Positions 9,917 through 20,539 of a stretch of 64,000 nt of DNA are shown piece after piece (position 1 is the first letter of the stretch; every line of letters begins with the position of its first letter). The stretch is from Nitrospirales bacterium (GTDB taxonomy: Bacteria > Nitrospirota > Nitrospiria > Nitrospirales > UBA8639): contig OY820905.2 of the NCBI GenBank assembly GCA_963555755.3, positions 544,001 to 608,000 of the forward strand, written 5' to 3'. The notes beneath the pieces are model-generated. The model saw only the letters and a program-made list of their open reading frames with translations. It searched no databases and was not told the origin of the DNA. The translations under genes were made by a program, and so were the position numbers.

Positions 9917-11515
9917 GTGAAAAAGAGGTCCAAACTTATGGATGAACTAAAAAAAGTCAGGCAAAAAATGAAAGCAGTCGAGTCCACCAAGAAAAAAAGG
10001 GCAGCTTCGGGGAAAAAGCTCAATATGCCTTTTCTTATTGGGCTCAGCGCCGCCTTAGTCGTTGGCCTCTGCGGGGGAGTGATGTGGGTGGTCAATTCCA
10101 ATAATGTTGGGACGGTCGGGGTCAACAAGGCCAAAGCCTTGGCCGATCAAGTGACGACCTTACGGACTTTTTATACCCAACAAGTCGTTTCTCGTGCAAA
10201 AGAATCAGGGATGCGCATTAATTACGATTGGGACACGATGCCAAATACGCTACCGCTTCCTGCGACGTTTACGAACGTATTGGGTCAACAAATAAAAAAA
10301 GAAAACCCCGGTACAGCAATTCGGCTCTACAGTCGATACCCGTTTCCTCATCGAAAAGGGACTGAAGTCTACGACCAATTTGAAATGGATGCGCTCAAGG
10401 CACTTGAGCAAAATCCCACAATTCCTTTCTACCGAAAGGAAATCATCAATGGCAGATTGTCCATGCGTTATGCTATTGCCGACCTAATGCGTTCTGCTTG
10501 TATCGATTGCCATAATTCTCATCCAGAAACGCCAAAAAACGATTGGAAGGTTGGGGACGTTCGTGGGGTGGTAGAGATCATTACCCCAATCGATCAGGTC
10601 AACCGAGGTCTATTAAATGGGACGATGATTCTCCTTGCCTGTGTTGCCGTCGGGTTGCTTGGCGTGGCCTCGTTCAGCATTGCTATCATCAAAAAACCCA
10701 TTCACCAGGCGGTACAGGTATTATCTACCACAACAGAGCAACTGGCAGACACCGCCGAACAACAGGAACAATCGGCCATATCGCAATCTAGGTCGGCGAA
10801 TGAAACAACAGCGACGATGAAAGAGTTGGGTGAGTCTTCCACACGGATGGCCGATCAATCAGAAGTGGCGTCCACTGGGACTCAGAAGGCCGCTGCCCTA
10901 ACTGAGCAGGGCTCGGGCATGATCAGGCTTGCTCGGGAGGGGATTGATGCGATGCTGGAAAAAGTTGAAAAAATTGCTGATGAAATTTTTCTTCTATCGG
11001 AGCACACCAGTCAGATCGAAAACATCACACGGTTTGTCAGTGATTTAGCCAATCAGACTAATCTCTTGGCTCTCAATGCTGCCATTGAGGCTGTCCGAGC
11101 CGGAGAACACGGCAAAGGTTTTGCCGTCGTGGCCGGTGAAATCAGAAAACTTGCCGATCAGAGTAAAGCTTCAGCTGAACAAATTAATGTGCTGTTGCTT
11201 GATATTCAGAAAACGACGAAATCCACCGTCATGGTAACCCAAGAAGGGACCAAGACCGTCCAGCAAGTGAAGGAATATGCTCAAGGGGCTATCGATTCGT
11301 TCTCGAATGTCCGGACGGCCGTGGACAGTGCGTATCAAAATGCTATGCAAATTACGCAAAATGCGAAACAACAAGCCAATGCAGTTCAACCCGTTATTGC
11401 AGCGATGAGTTCGCTCAATTCTGGAGCGAAGGCAACAGCCGAGGGGATTCATGAAACCAAGGAGGGAGTGCAAAGGCTGAAAATGATTGCTGATACCCTT
11501 CAAAGTATGGTGTAA
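9917..11515 (+). CDS. Methyl-accepting chemotaxis protein with c-heme (DUF3365/Tll0287-like) sensor domain
   Basis: Two TMs around PLPAT...RLYS.YPF...CIDCH..W..GDVRG; signalling tip [30 protein letters not shown]. Confidence 0.9.
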   Translation: MKKRSKLMDELKKVRQKMKAVESTKKKRAASGKKLNMPFLIGLSAALVVGLCGGVMWVVNSNNVGTVGVNKAKALADQVTTLRTFYTQQVVSRAKESGMRINYDWDTMPNTLPLPATFTNVLGQQIKKENPGTAIRLYSRYPFPHRKGTEVYDQFEMDALKALEQNPTIPFYRKEIINGRLSMRYAIADLMRSACIDCHNSHPETPKNDWKVGDVRGVVEIITPIDQVNRGLLNGTMILLACVAVGLLGVASFSIAIIKKPIHQAVQVLSTTTEQLADTAEQQEQSAISQSRSANETTATMKELGESSTRMADQSEVASTGTQKAAALTEQGSGMIRLAREGIDAMLEKVEKIADEIFLLSEHTSQIENITRFVSDLANQTNLLALNAAIEAVRAGEHGKGFAVVAGEIRKLADQSKASAEQINVLLLDIQKTTKSTVMVTQEGTKTVQQVKEYAQGAIDSFSNVRTAVDSAYQNAMQITQNAKQQANAVQPVIAAMSSLNSGAKATAEGIHETKEGVQRLKMIADTLQSMV

Positions 11516-11991
11516 CGCATGTTCTTTTTGGAAAAGATTCCATGGGGTCCACCCTCAAAGAATAAATCGGTTGGAGTCGAGTCCATTGTGGCAGGGTTGG
11601 GAACTCGAACTTCCTCCTTTTGTGGGATTCGAATGTCCCAGGAGGAAACGCCACAGCTGAGTGGATTTTTTCGAAGTAGCGTGACGGCACTTTCTCTGAA
11701 CGATCCCATACAGAATTTTCAGCTTGTCGATTCCCAAGCAGAAGAGGTTTTAGCAGAAAGGGAGCAAGGGCCTGCCCAGATAGTTAGGGTCCTACAAGCC
11801 AAGATCTTTCCAGATGTCTGTAATTTATCAACAACCCCAAACAATTTGTGCCATGTCACACGGGGGCAGTCTGAAGCACCATGAAAATCTGTGTTAACCC
11901 GGTATTAGTCACGAAGCTTTTATTCCATCTCAAAGCACGCTCATTCTCACCCTTTCGGGAAAGTGGATTGTGCTCAAGCTGTGGGTGAACC

Positions 11992-14931
11992 ATGCACTGT
12001 TCGACCTCAATATTGCCAATAACATCCGGATTCCACTTAATCTTCAATCGACATCACACACGTTATGCATTGCCTCTTCCTTTAGTGAAGGAGGTCATTT
12101 GCCTTCCCGAGCTGGTCTCTCTTGACAATATGCCAGATCATATCGTTGGGGTCTTTAACTACCATGGGCAACTTGTACCGGTGATGAATCTGGATAGCCC
12201 CTTAGGGCACGTTTCATTTCGGTACAAGATCAGTGACAATATAATCCTTTTCGAATGGGATGGCTTTGTGAGTGGATTGATTATAGATGAAACTCGGAAT
12301 GTGTTGGATATTCAAGCCGAAGAGATGGAATTGGAATCCCCGCCAGAAATCGAATCTGGTCATCCGCACCCTCTCATAGCCCATTTGGTGCAGCATGATG
12401 ATGGTGTGATCAACATGTTGCATCCACTTCCCTTACCCCAAGATCGAGATGCCATAAAGCATTTCATTCAGAACATATCTGAATCTGACCATGATGGTCA
12501 GCTGAGAGATTCTCCCAATATTATCCGAGGAATGACGCTGTTGGAAAAAACCATGTTGCGGGAACGTACCACGAGTCTCATGGAAACTGACCAAGAAGAC
12601 CCCTCGGAGTACACTCAACTCGTTGTCATCCGTATCAACCAGGAATATTTTGGGATTGATTTAGGCTTGATACGGGAATGTGCTGAATTTAGGCGCGTGA
12701 CTCCCATGCCCGGCTGTCCAGAATTTGTTGTCGGGGTCATCAATGTACGAGGGGAAGTGTTACCCATTGTTGACTTGCGTGCCACACTCAATGTGCCGAT
12801 CGCTGAGTGCGAAAATTTCCACAAGGCTGTCGTCGTCCAGTTTGAAAATATTTTCGTCGGTATTGTTGTTGAAGAAATCATTGAGTCGGTTTTTCTTCAA
12901 GCAAGTGATATGGTGTCTGGTTCCTTGACTGGGAGCGTGAAGGAAGAAGGGTATATTCGGGGAATTGCTCAATTCCACGATCAGAAATTCCTTAAGGTGT
13001 TAGATTTGCAGAAGCTCCTGGTAAATGGAGAATTAACGGTTGACCAAACATTTTCCCGGTCAGCATCTGATCAGCAGCAGGCTGTTTCGGAAGGTAGTGT
13101 TGAGCCTGCAGGTAGTGAGGATAATCAATTACATGCCATTTTTATGCGGGAGAGCAAAGAATCCCTGAGAGAACTCCGTGAATCGATTATGAGTTTACGA
13201 GATACTTTGAGTGACACGGGAGATAAAACAGAGGGCTTCGGCCAGGCGGCGCTGCAAAGAGCCTTCAACCAGTCCCATTTTCTGATGAGCGTCGCTCGAA
13301 TGTTGGGAGCCCGAAAAATGGAAATTGTTGCCCGTCGGGTTGAGGACCTATTACGACTGGCGAAACGAGGACAGGACGTGCTGACTCTAGAATTTGTTGA
13401 TTCCTTGGACCATGGCGTAAATGGCGTTCAGGCACTCTTGGATGAATTTACGACAGGGGCCACGACGGATATTGATCCCAACGGCTTTTTTGATGAAAAA
13501 AGCTTAGTCGAAGTAGGAATGGCTCACGAGCCTATGCAAGTACGACTGGATGAAGAGGCAAGCCAAAGAGATCATGGGGGAGCCCTCTTAGTAGAATCCG
13601 TCAGATTAGATGCCTTGATGGATCAGGTGAATGACCTGAAGGCAGTCATTTGTGGAAGGCAGGAATGCCTCTTAGATACTGCACAGCTTGTGGAGTTTTC
13701 CGATTCATGGGGGCGTGCGGTCTTTGCGCATCGCGCAATCGGTGTAAAGGGAAATCGTTCAAGGCAGCTGATGACTAGGGACGATATGGCGAATTTTTAT
13801 AAACAGGAAAGCCAACAGCTTGTCGTATTAACTAGTGTGGTTGGTCGCGTCGCCAGAATGGTTTGTGATGAACATCAGCGGTTGAGTTCGATCTCAGAGA
13901 CACTGGAAGAAAATCTCCGTTCCATGCGGCTCATTCCCTTTTCCTCATGCTTGCAATATCTTCCGAGGATGGTCTCTGATATCGGCCGTGAACTTTGTAA
14001 AGAGGTCGAGCTGAGTATTGAGGGGAAGCATATGACGGTGGATATGCAGGTCCTGGAAGAATTGAAGGAGCCGTTGCGTCATCTCATACGCAACGCTATT
14101 CACCATGGGATTGAGACACCAGAAGAACGGATTCAGGCTGGGAAAGCACGAAAGGGATCCCTTCGGCTCTATGTCTTTCAAATGGGAACGCACCTGATTC
14201 TTGAATTGTGGGACGATGGGAGAGGATTAGATCTTGATGCAATCAAGCAGACCGCTTTTCAAGCCAAACTGTATACTCATGAACAATTGGAGTCGATGGC
14301 CCTTCCAGAAATTCAGTCCTTGATTTTTAACCCGGGTTTCTCCACGGAATCTTCTCTCCCAGGTGGGTCGGAAAAGGGAATGGGGTTGGATGTGGTGCAG
14401 TCTCATGTCAAGGGTCTCAAAGGAGCGGTGTATGTAGGATCGACTTCCGGCTCTGGGTGTATGATACAAATTCAATTGCCGGGGCCCACGCCGTCCGTTC
14501 ATCTGTTGATTGTCTCCGTGGCAGGCCAGAAATTTGGAATTCCCATCGACCGGGTTCAGACGACGACCTACTTGCTTTCGGAGGGACCGCAGGCTTCAAA
14601 GAATCAAGGATTTGTGGGTGAAGGTGGGCAAGTGGTTCCGCTTGTGGCTCTCGCTGATTTATTGGAAATGGGGGATACGGCCATACAGGACGAACTCTTC
14701 CCATGCGTGGTTATGGTGGTAGAGGACAAACCGCTTGGATTCCTGGTTGAAGAAATTTTGACTGCACAAGAAGTCAAACCCCAACCACAGGGAATCATTT
14801 TAAAAAAAGTGCGCAACGTGTCAGGTTCTACCATTCTCAACACTGGAGAGGTATGTATCATTTTGAATCCTGATGATCTGGTGCGGTCGGCCCAGAAACA
14901 GCTGGTTGGTACACCCACCCGGCTCATATAG
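11992..14931 (+). CDS. cheA: CheW-CheW-Hpt-CheA(dimerisation, HATPase)-CheW fusion
   Basis: Two N-terminal CheW domains (GVFNYHGQLVPV; GVINVRGEVLPIVDL), Hpt-like SHFLMSVARMLG, HLIRNAIHHGIE, DDGRG, GFST, GMGLDVV, C-terminal CheW. Confidence 0.85.
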   Translation: MHCSTSILPITSGFHLIFNRHHTRYALPLPLVKEVICLPELVSLDNMPDHIVGVFNYHGQLVPVMNLDSPLGHVSFRYKISDNIILFEWDGFVSGLIIDETRNVLDIQAEEMELESPPEIESGHPHPLIAHLVQHDDGVINMLHPLPLPQDRDAIKHFIQNISESDHDGQLRDSPNIIRGMTLLEKTMLRERTTSLMETDQEDPSEYTQLVVIRINQEYFGIDLGLIRECAEFRRVTPMPGCPEFVVGVINVRGEVLPIVDLRATLNVPIAECENFHKAVVVQFENIFVGIVVEEIIESVFLQASDMVSGSLTGSVKEEGYIRGIAQFHDQKFLKVLDLQKLLVNGELTVDQTFSRSASDQQQAVSEGSVEPAGSEDNQLHAIFMRESKESLRELRESIMSLRDTLSDTGDKTEGFGQAALQRAFNQSHFLMSVARMLGARKMEIVARRVEDLLRLAKRGQDVLTLEFVDSLDHGVNGVQALLDEFTTGATTDIDPNGFFDEKSLVEVGMAHEPMQVRLDEEASQRDHGGALLVESVRLDALMDQVNDLKAVICGRQECLLDTAQLVEFSDSWGRAVFAHRAIGVKGNRSRQLMTRDDMANFYKQESQQLVVLTSVVGRVARMVCDEHQRLSSISETLEENLRSMRLIPFSSCLQYLPRMVSDIGRELCKEVELSIEGKHMTVDMQVLEELKEPLRHLIRNAIHHGIETPEERIQAGKARKGSLRLYVFQMGTHLILELWDDGRGLDLDAIKQTAFQAKLYTHEQLESMALPEIQSLIFNPGFSTESSLPGGSEKGMGLDVVQSHVKGLKGAVYVGSTSGSGCMIQIQLPGPTPSVHLLIVSVAGQKFGIPIDRVQTTTYLLSEGPQASKNQGFVGEGGQVVPLVALADLLEMGDTAIQDELFPCVVMVVEDKPLGFLVEEILTAQEVKPQPQGIILKKVRNVSGSTILNTGEVCIILNPDDLVRSAQKQLVGTPTRLI

Positions 14932-14961
14932 GTAACCCATTGCCAGCTACGGGGAATCAGA

Positions 14962-16083
14962 ATGATAAAAATTTCAGTGGATACACATTCCTCAGCGAAA
15001 GGTAATCCACAAATGATGAAGAAAAAAGATATTCTTTCTCTCCTAGAAGAGGTTCAAACAGTCGCTCAAACCTTGTATAGCGAACACGCAACCCTGGGAG
15101 ACCACGTGAAGACAATTGAAGCTGAAATGTCGACGCTTAGAGCAGAGAAAGCCCAACTCGCCCAAGCCTTACAGGCTCCTCCGCCTCAGGCTGAACCCAC
15201 CGAAATCGAAGCGAAATTGTCGAAGCTTCGGGCAGAGAAAACCCAAGAAATATGGAACCTACAGGAAATCAATGCGCACTTGACCCAAGAGTTGCAGGAG
15301 ACAAAAACCCAACTTGCCCAAGGCTTACAGGCTCCTCCGCCTCAGGCTGAACCCACCAAAATCGAAGCGAAATTGTCGAAGCTTCGGGCAGAGAAAACCC
15401 AAGAAATATGGAACCTACAGGAAATCAATGCGCACTTGACCCAAGAGTTGCAGGAGACAAAAACCCAACTTGCCCAAGGCTTACAGGCTCCTCCGCCTCA
15501 GACCGAACCCACGCAAGAGAAGCAGGCATTACAAGCCAGCAATGCGCAGTTGACCAAGGAGTTGCAGGAGACAAAAACCCAACTCACCCAAGCCTTACAA
15601 GCTCCTCAACCTCAGGCTGAACTCACACAAGAGGTCCAGACGTTACAGGCCGGCAATGCGCAGTTGACCAAGGAGTTACAGGAGACGAAAACGCGACTCG
15701 CCCAAGCCTTACAGGCTCCTCCGCCTCAGGCTGAACCCACCGAAATCGAAGCGAAATTATCGAAGCTTCAGGCAGAGAAAACCCAAGAAATATGGAACCT
15801 ACAGGAAATCAATGCGCACTTGACCCAAGAGTTGCAGGATGCGCTAGCCCAACTTGCCCATGGAGTACCGTCAGGTAAGGAAAATATCGATTCCTTGCCT
15901 CCTGAATTCCAAAACTTGAAAGAACAACTCCAATATGCGGAATTCCACAATTTTTTATTGGAGCAGGAAGTGTCAAAACAACATGATGAAATCCAGGTAC
16001 TAGAAAGGAGCCTTGAGACCGCTACATCTCAGGCCTCGCCTTTTTCACCAGTTGATGAATCCATTGCGACTTCTTCGTCATGA
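14962..16083 (+). CDS. Coiled-coil protein with internal 52-aa and 38-aa tandem repeats
   Basis: Q/E/L-rich ORF with repeated LQAPPPQAEPT. Confidence 0.7.
   Translation: MIKISVDTHSSAKGNPQMMKKKDILSLLEEVQTVAQTLYSEHATLGDHVKTIEAEMSTLRAEKAQLAQALQAPPPQAEPTEIEAKLSKLRAEKTQEIWNLQEINAHLTQELQETKTQLAQGLQAPPPQAEPTKIEAKLSKLRAEKTQEIWNLQEINAHLTQELQETKTQLAQGLQAPPPQTEPTQEKQALQASNAQLTKELQETKTQLTQALQAPQPQAELTQEVQTLQAGNAQLTKELQETKTRLAQALQAPPPQAEPTEIEAKLSKLQAEKTQEIWNLQEINAHLTQELQDALAQLAHGVPSGKENIDSLPPEFQNLKEQLQYAEFHNFLLEQEVSKQHDEIQVLERSLETATSQASPFSPVDESIATSSS
15172..15860 (+). repeat. Intragenic tandem repeats (156, 156, 114, 114, ~150 bp)
   Basis: CA[G/A]GCTCCT unit starts at 15172, 15328, 15484, 15598, 15712. 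Confidence 0.85.
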
Positions 16084-16189
16084 CCTCTGACTTGACGCAC
16101 ATTTGGGGGAACTGGGCATCATCTTATAAAGGAATGATTTGTCGATTCGCAAAGACCAACCGGAGATATGAAAAATGTCAATTCCCTTC

Positions 16190-16685
16190 TTTTGTGTTTT
16201 ATGCCGGAGAGGGGTGGCGTGAACATTCCACACAAGCCATGCAAGATGTGAATACCATTAAGGAGAAAAAGGAAACGCTTCAAGGGTTTACCGTTGTGAT
16301 TGTTGGGGACGTTTCACATAGCCGAGTGGCACGATCCAATATTGCCGCCTTAACCAAATTAGGGGAGGAGCTAAGAGTTGTGGCTCCGCGACCATGCTCC
16401 CTCTTTTTGTGGAACGGCTTGGCGCCAAAGAATTGTACCCATTTGAACGCCTTAATCGGAGCCGATGTGATTATGATGCAAGGATGACAACGAGAAGGGT
16501 GTGGGCAAGCCTTACTGCCCAATGTTCGCGAATAGCCTAAATTGTGTGGTCTAACCTTGGAACGACTCAAACTGACTAAACCTGAAGACATTGTCATGCA
16601 TCCGGATTCGCTGAATCGAGGAATTGAAATCGCACCCGCCGGTGCAGATAGTTTTCCTGTGGCCATTTTAGACCAAGTCACCAAA
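16190..16685 (+). pseudogene. pyrB: Aspartate carbamoyltransferase fragment, decayed
   Basis: AGEGWREHSTQA, IVGDVSHSRVARSN, IVMHPDSLNRGIEI, ILDQV across several frames with stops; no 5' half. Confidence 0.8.
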
Positions 16686-17276
16686 CTCTTGGTGGTTCCT
16701 CTTGTAACAAAGCCAAGGGGGGCCCCTTGGGAAACCACGAACAGGTTCATCCGGGAATGTTTCCCAAAAGACTCGGATCTCACTGGAGTCATTTATCCGG
16801 CAACCGTGCAAATGGTATTTATTTTTTGAAAACCCTTATTCCATAGGTATTTTATGATATTTCATGGAGTAGGTTACATTGCCAGGGTACTAAAAAGTAA
16901 TAATAATCCGCCAAAACAAATATGGCTCATCAGGAAATTTGTAGATACACGTGAGAGGGTTTTGATCGTTCACAGGACCAAATGGCTAAGACCGACCGGG
17001 CTTCTGAATGTTGACATGGACCTGCATTCGATCCAAGGTCCTTCAAAGCATTCAAAGATCCGGTTCATCCGCTTTGTAAGCAGAGGCGGAGGTGGGGTAG
17101 AAGCGTCCTCCGGGCTCACGATACCCGAACGAACGTGCCTAAACCCACTCCAAGCCTCTACCTCCCCTGTCCCCTCCTTACAAAGGAGGGGAATGGTGAG
17201 ACAAAGCCCTTTGGTGTTTAACCCACACAATTTCCTGAAGGGCCAAAAATATTAATCCCTAACAAGGGGTACTAAC

Positions 17277-17711
17277 ATGAAAACGTCTGTAAATATCTTG
17301 ATTTTACTCCTCTTTTCGTTTTCTGCCTGTTCGGAGACTGTTGACTCTGAGTATTCCACCTTGGATGAAGCAAGGAAGAAAAATGCCATTCGGACAGGAT
17401 TGATTCCAGAATGGTTGCCAGATACTTCCCAGCAAATCAAGGTGGCCTTTGATATTAGTACCAATGAAAAAATTTTGACCTTCCAATATACGATCGCTGA
17501 AGGCTGGAACCCGCTGGAGATATGCGAGCAAATTGACTCATTTGCTCCGCCAACCCCTCAATTAAACCGTTCCTGGTGGCCCAAAGATGTTCCTACCCAT
17601 AATGGCTCTCTTCCCCGCCATACTTTTTACACTTGCGAAAATGGAGGTTCTTTTCTTGCAGTTCATCCGCAAGTCGGGCAAGTTTTTTATTGGAACACCA
17701 AGTACCATTAA
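17277..17711 (+). CDS. Putative lipoprotein
   Basis: Signal peptide ending in lipobox-like FSAC. Confidence 0.65.
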   Translation: MKTSVNILILLLFSFSACSETVDSEYSTLDEARKKNAIRTGLIPEWLPDTSQQIKVAFDISTNEKILTFQYTIAEGWNPLEICEQIDSFAPPTPQLNRSWWPKDVPTHNGSLPRHTFYTCENGGSFLAVHPQVGQVFYWNTKYH

Positions 17712-17952
17712 TTCGGGAATACTAGACCATGCACCTTTGTGGCATACGCAATCTTAGGATGGATGAAGTACTTTTTCACCCTGTCCGGTAACTTCTGCAT
17801 TGTTTTCATGTGAGCGCGCACCTTTTTCGTGAGACCATCTGTATCTCGAATCGGGCAGCGGGAATACACCCCTGCCTTCAGCTCACAATTTAAATATTCT
17901 TCAGGATTCAATTCTGGGGAAAAGGCGGTGAGAAAGAAGAGTTCGATGGCCT
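17708..17952 (-). pseudogene. IS630-family transposase C-terminal fragment
   Basis: IELFFLTAFSPELNPEEYLN...LP.RV..YF....I.YA. Confidence 0.7.
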
Positions 17953-17960
17953 CGGTGTAA

Positions 17961-18150
17961 GAGCTATTGTCAAATCTAGTGTCTGGGCCACTGATTACGC
18001 GGCGACCGGATCAAACCTGGTTTCCTCGATGCCCTCCATAAAATGAATGCCCTTGATAACTTTTTCCAACTCCTTGAATCCCCGGAGGCATCGCCAGGTT
18101 TTCTCGGCACACCGTCCCAGCTTGAACATCATATGTAACAGGCCATCACG
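17961..18150 (-). pseudogene. IS256-family transposase C-terminal fragment with its terminal repeat
   Basis: RDGLLHMMFKLG.CAEK.W..LRGF..L.KVI.G..F..G...VAA*; terminus ACACTAGATTTGACAATAGCTC. Confidence 0.7.
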
Positions 18151-18414
18151 AGTCGGCCGCTCCTGCTCACCGCTGTGGGCAAACAGACGCGGCATCAAGG
18201 ACAGACGAAGCTGATGCTCACCAGTGCCCATGCCAAAACCGGATCCATCCAACGGGCGTTACGCGGGCTGCAACGCTTTTTCAAAGAATGTCGGGTGACT
18301 GCGGAGCAGTTGGGCTGGGCGGCCCTGTGGCGGAAGATGTTGAGTCGGATTTTTGTTGCGTTTCTGCGTGGACGGCCCCTTCGCCCCCCGCCGCTGCTGC
18401 CACATCCGACCTAA
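18142..18414 (+). pseudogene. Transposase C-terminal relic, probably IS1380 family, cognate to the 16-bp TIR
   Basis: AITSRPLLLTAVGKQTRHQGQT...TAEQL....W...LSRIF..FL.G..L.PP; ends 44 bp before the right TIR. Confidence 0.6.
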
Positions 18415-18479
18415 GAACATGTTTCGGTAAGGCTGTGGCTACGTAGAAACCATATTCTAACTGCCGTTTTTAGGATTAA

Positions 18480-19272
18480 CCATGTAAATCCGAAAACCCA
18501 GAAACTCATTGGTAATTGGCCCCCCCATTCCTTTCCCTTCTTTGCCAATGCAGAGGAGATTCTTTCGGAGTTTGGTAGAATTGGAGCGTTTGCTGCGCAT
18601 CAGAGAATTTTACGGTCCGGTTTTCAAACGTATCGAATAAAGGACGCCTATGCCCCCGGACAATACCGGCATACCCCCATTTATCAGGAGTTTTATCACC
18701 CTCAACGAATTCAGTACTGTTTGCATTCTGGTTTGTTCGGTGATGCTACCAATACCATAGGGTTCCACCGCCAAAACAGAGACTTTTCCGGAGAAGACGT
18801 GAGGATAGTGGAATTACCGCGCTCGCATCTCGTGCGAGCGCACGGTAATGCCCAGCGTGGCTCGCACATGCAATCCCACCTCACCAGGATCAATGGTGCG
18901 GTGGAGGCGTTGAATCAGGGCGTGGTGGTGCTTTCCTCAAATGGCCGGATTGCGTGGATGACGACGGTCGCCCAACGTTTCTTGAAAACATTTTGGCCGG
19001 ACTGGAAACGACGGAAAGATTCCCTCCCCGCGCTTCTTGGTAATTGGGTCCACAGTCAACTGCAGCTCTTCGACGATCCTGATTATGCCCCTGGCATTCA
19101 CATGTCCATTACCATCGACCGGGGTCAGTACCGCCTACTCGTCCGGTTGGTGCCGCAAGACAACCAACACGTCTTGTTTTTGGAGAAGGAACCGATCGAC
19201 CTGCCGTTAGACCGTCTTAATCCCTACGATCTCACTTCCAGAGAGAAAGATGTGCTCGGCTGGGCTATTCAA
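18480..19272 (+). pseudogene. GAF/PAS-LuxR regulator, fragment 2 of 3
   Basis: Open frame 18481-19272: YQEFY, HR..RDFS.ED, GVVVL...GRI, LTSREKDVLGWAIQ (start of LuxR HTH). Confidence 0.85.
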
Positions 19273-19371
19273 CCTAGACATTATGTATTGACCTGCCCAA
19301 TCTTCAGGCACGTGGGGTAAGCTACGGGGGAATCACCCGGAGTTTACAACCACCATGAAGGAGGACAGGGC

Positions 19372-20496
19372 ATGAACCAGTTTCACAAGTTTGTTGGGTT
19401 GGACACACACAAGGACACGATTGCGGTGGCGGTGAGTGAGGCGAATGGGGGGCCCACCCGGTACTATGGTGAAATTTCAAACACGCCCAAGGCGCTGGCC
19501 AAGTTGGTCAAGACCCTGACCGCCCAAGGGGACGCGGTGTCATTTTGTTATGAGGCCGGCCCGTGTGGCTATGGGATCTATCGACAACTCACGGCGTTGG
19601 GCCAGGCTTGCGCGGTGGTGGCGCCGTCCCTGATCCCCACGAAACCGGGCGACCGAGTGAAGACGGATCGGCGCGACAGTGAATCGCTGTCCCGGTTGCA
19701 TCGGGCAGGCGAGCTCACAGCCGTCTGGGTGCCGGATCAGGAGCAGGAAGCGATGCGGGATCTCACGCGAGCGCGGGAAGATATGAAAGGGCTGGAACGG
19801 ATCACCAAACAACGGCTCAATGCGTTTCTGCTTCGGCATGGCCGCAACTATGATCGGGGAAAATGTCGTTGGACCCAGGCGCATAGCCGCTGGTTGGCAG
19901 GCCTGAAGTTTGAGAACACGGTGCAACAGATTGTCTTTCAAGAATATATAGAGGCGGTGAAGCAGGCCGCAGGCCGCGTGTCCGGGTTGGAACACGAGAT
20001 GGCGCAAGCGCTAAAGACCTGGGAGCTGGCCCCAATGGTCGAGGCCCTGATGGCCCTGCGCGGGGTGAAGCTGATCACCGCCATGACCGTGCTGGCAGAA
20101 CTGGGGGACCTCAGTCGTTTTACCTCCCCGTCGCAACTGATGGCCTATCTGGGGCTGGTGCCTCGTGAACACTCCAGTGGCCAGACCCGGCGGCGCGGCG
20201 GGATCACCAAGACGGGTAACGGCCATGTGCGGCGGGTGCTGGTCGAAGCCGCCTGGGGATACCGGTTCCCGGCTCGTAAGACTGCGCATCTGCAACGGCG
20301 GGCCACACAGACGTCCGCAGCCGTGCAGGCCATCGCCTGGAAAGCCCAGAAGCGATTGTGCGGGCGCTATCGGCATCTGCTGGCGGCCGGGAAACTCACG
20401 GTGCAGGCTTGTACGGCTGTGGCCCGGGAGTTGGCGGGGTTTATCTGGGCGATTGCGTGTGAAGTCCTGAACCAACCGGCTGTGAACACTCGGTAA
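19372..20496 (+). CDS. IS110-family DEDD recombinase/transposase
   Basis: VGLDTHK, YEAG, KTDRRDS (DEDD); AYLGLVPREHSSG and GITK.GN in the C-terminal domain. Confidence 0.95.
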   Translation: MNQFHKFVGLDTHKDTIAVAVSEANGGPTRYYGEISNTPKALAKLVKTLTAQGDAVSFCYEAGPCGYGIYRQLTALGQACAVVAPSLIPTKPGDRVKTDRRDSESLSRLHRAGELTAVWVPDQEQEAMRDLTRAREDMKGLERITKQRLNAFLLRHGRNYDRGKCRWTQAHSRWLAGLKFENTVQQIVFQEYIEAVKQAAGRVSGLEHEMAQALKTWELAPMVEALMALRGVKLITAMTVLAELGDLSRFTSPSQLMAYLGLVPREHSSGQTRRRGGITKTGNGHVRRVLVEAAWGYRFPARKTAHLQRRATQTSAAVQAIAWKAQKRLCGRYRHLLAAGKLTVQACTAVARELAGFIWAIACEVLNQPAVNTR

Positions 20497-20539
20497 GACC
20501 TGAGCGAACTGACTGGTTAGCACCACCATGCACACAAGG

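Larger units (their letters stand above)
3308..18474. mobile_element. 15.2-kb cargo-carrying unit with IS1380-like ends
   Basis: Perfect 16-bp TIR CCTAAAAACGGCAGTT (3308-3323) / AACTGCCGTTTTTAGG (18459-18474); ATTAA TSD at 3303-3307 and 18475-18479; transposase 3' relic at 18142-18414. Confidence 0.85.

Noticed and set aside
11519..11884. ORF between the receptor and cheA as a missing cheY/cheR
   Set aside because: No receiver or methyltransferase motifs recognised
15172..15860. Possible CRISPR array
   Set aside because: Units are 114-156 bp, in frame within a CDS, without unique spacers; no cas genes in the window
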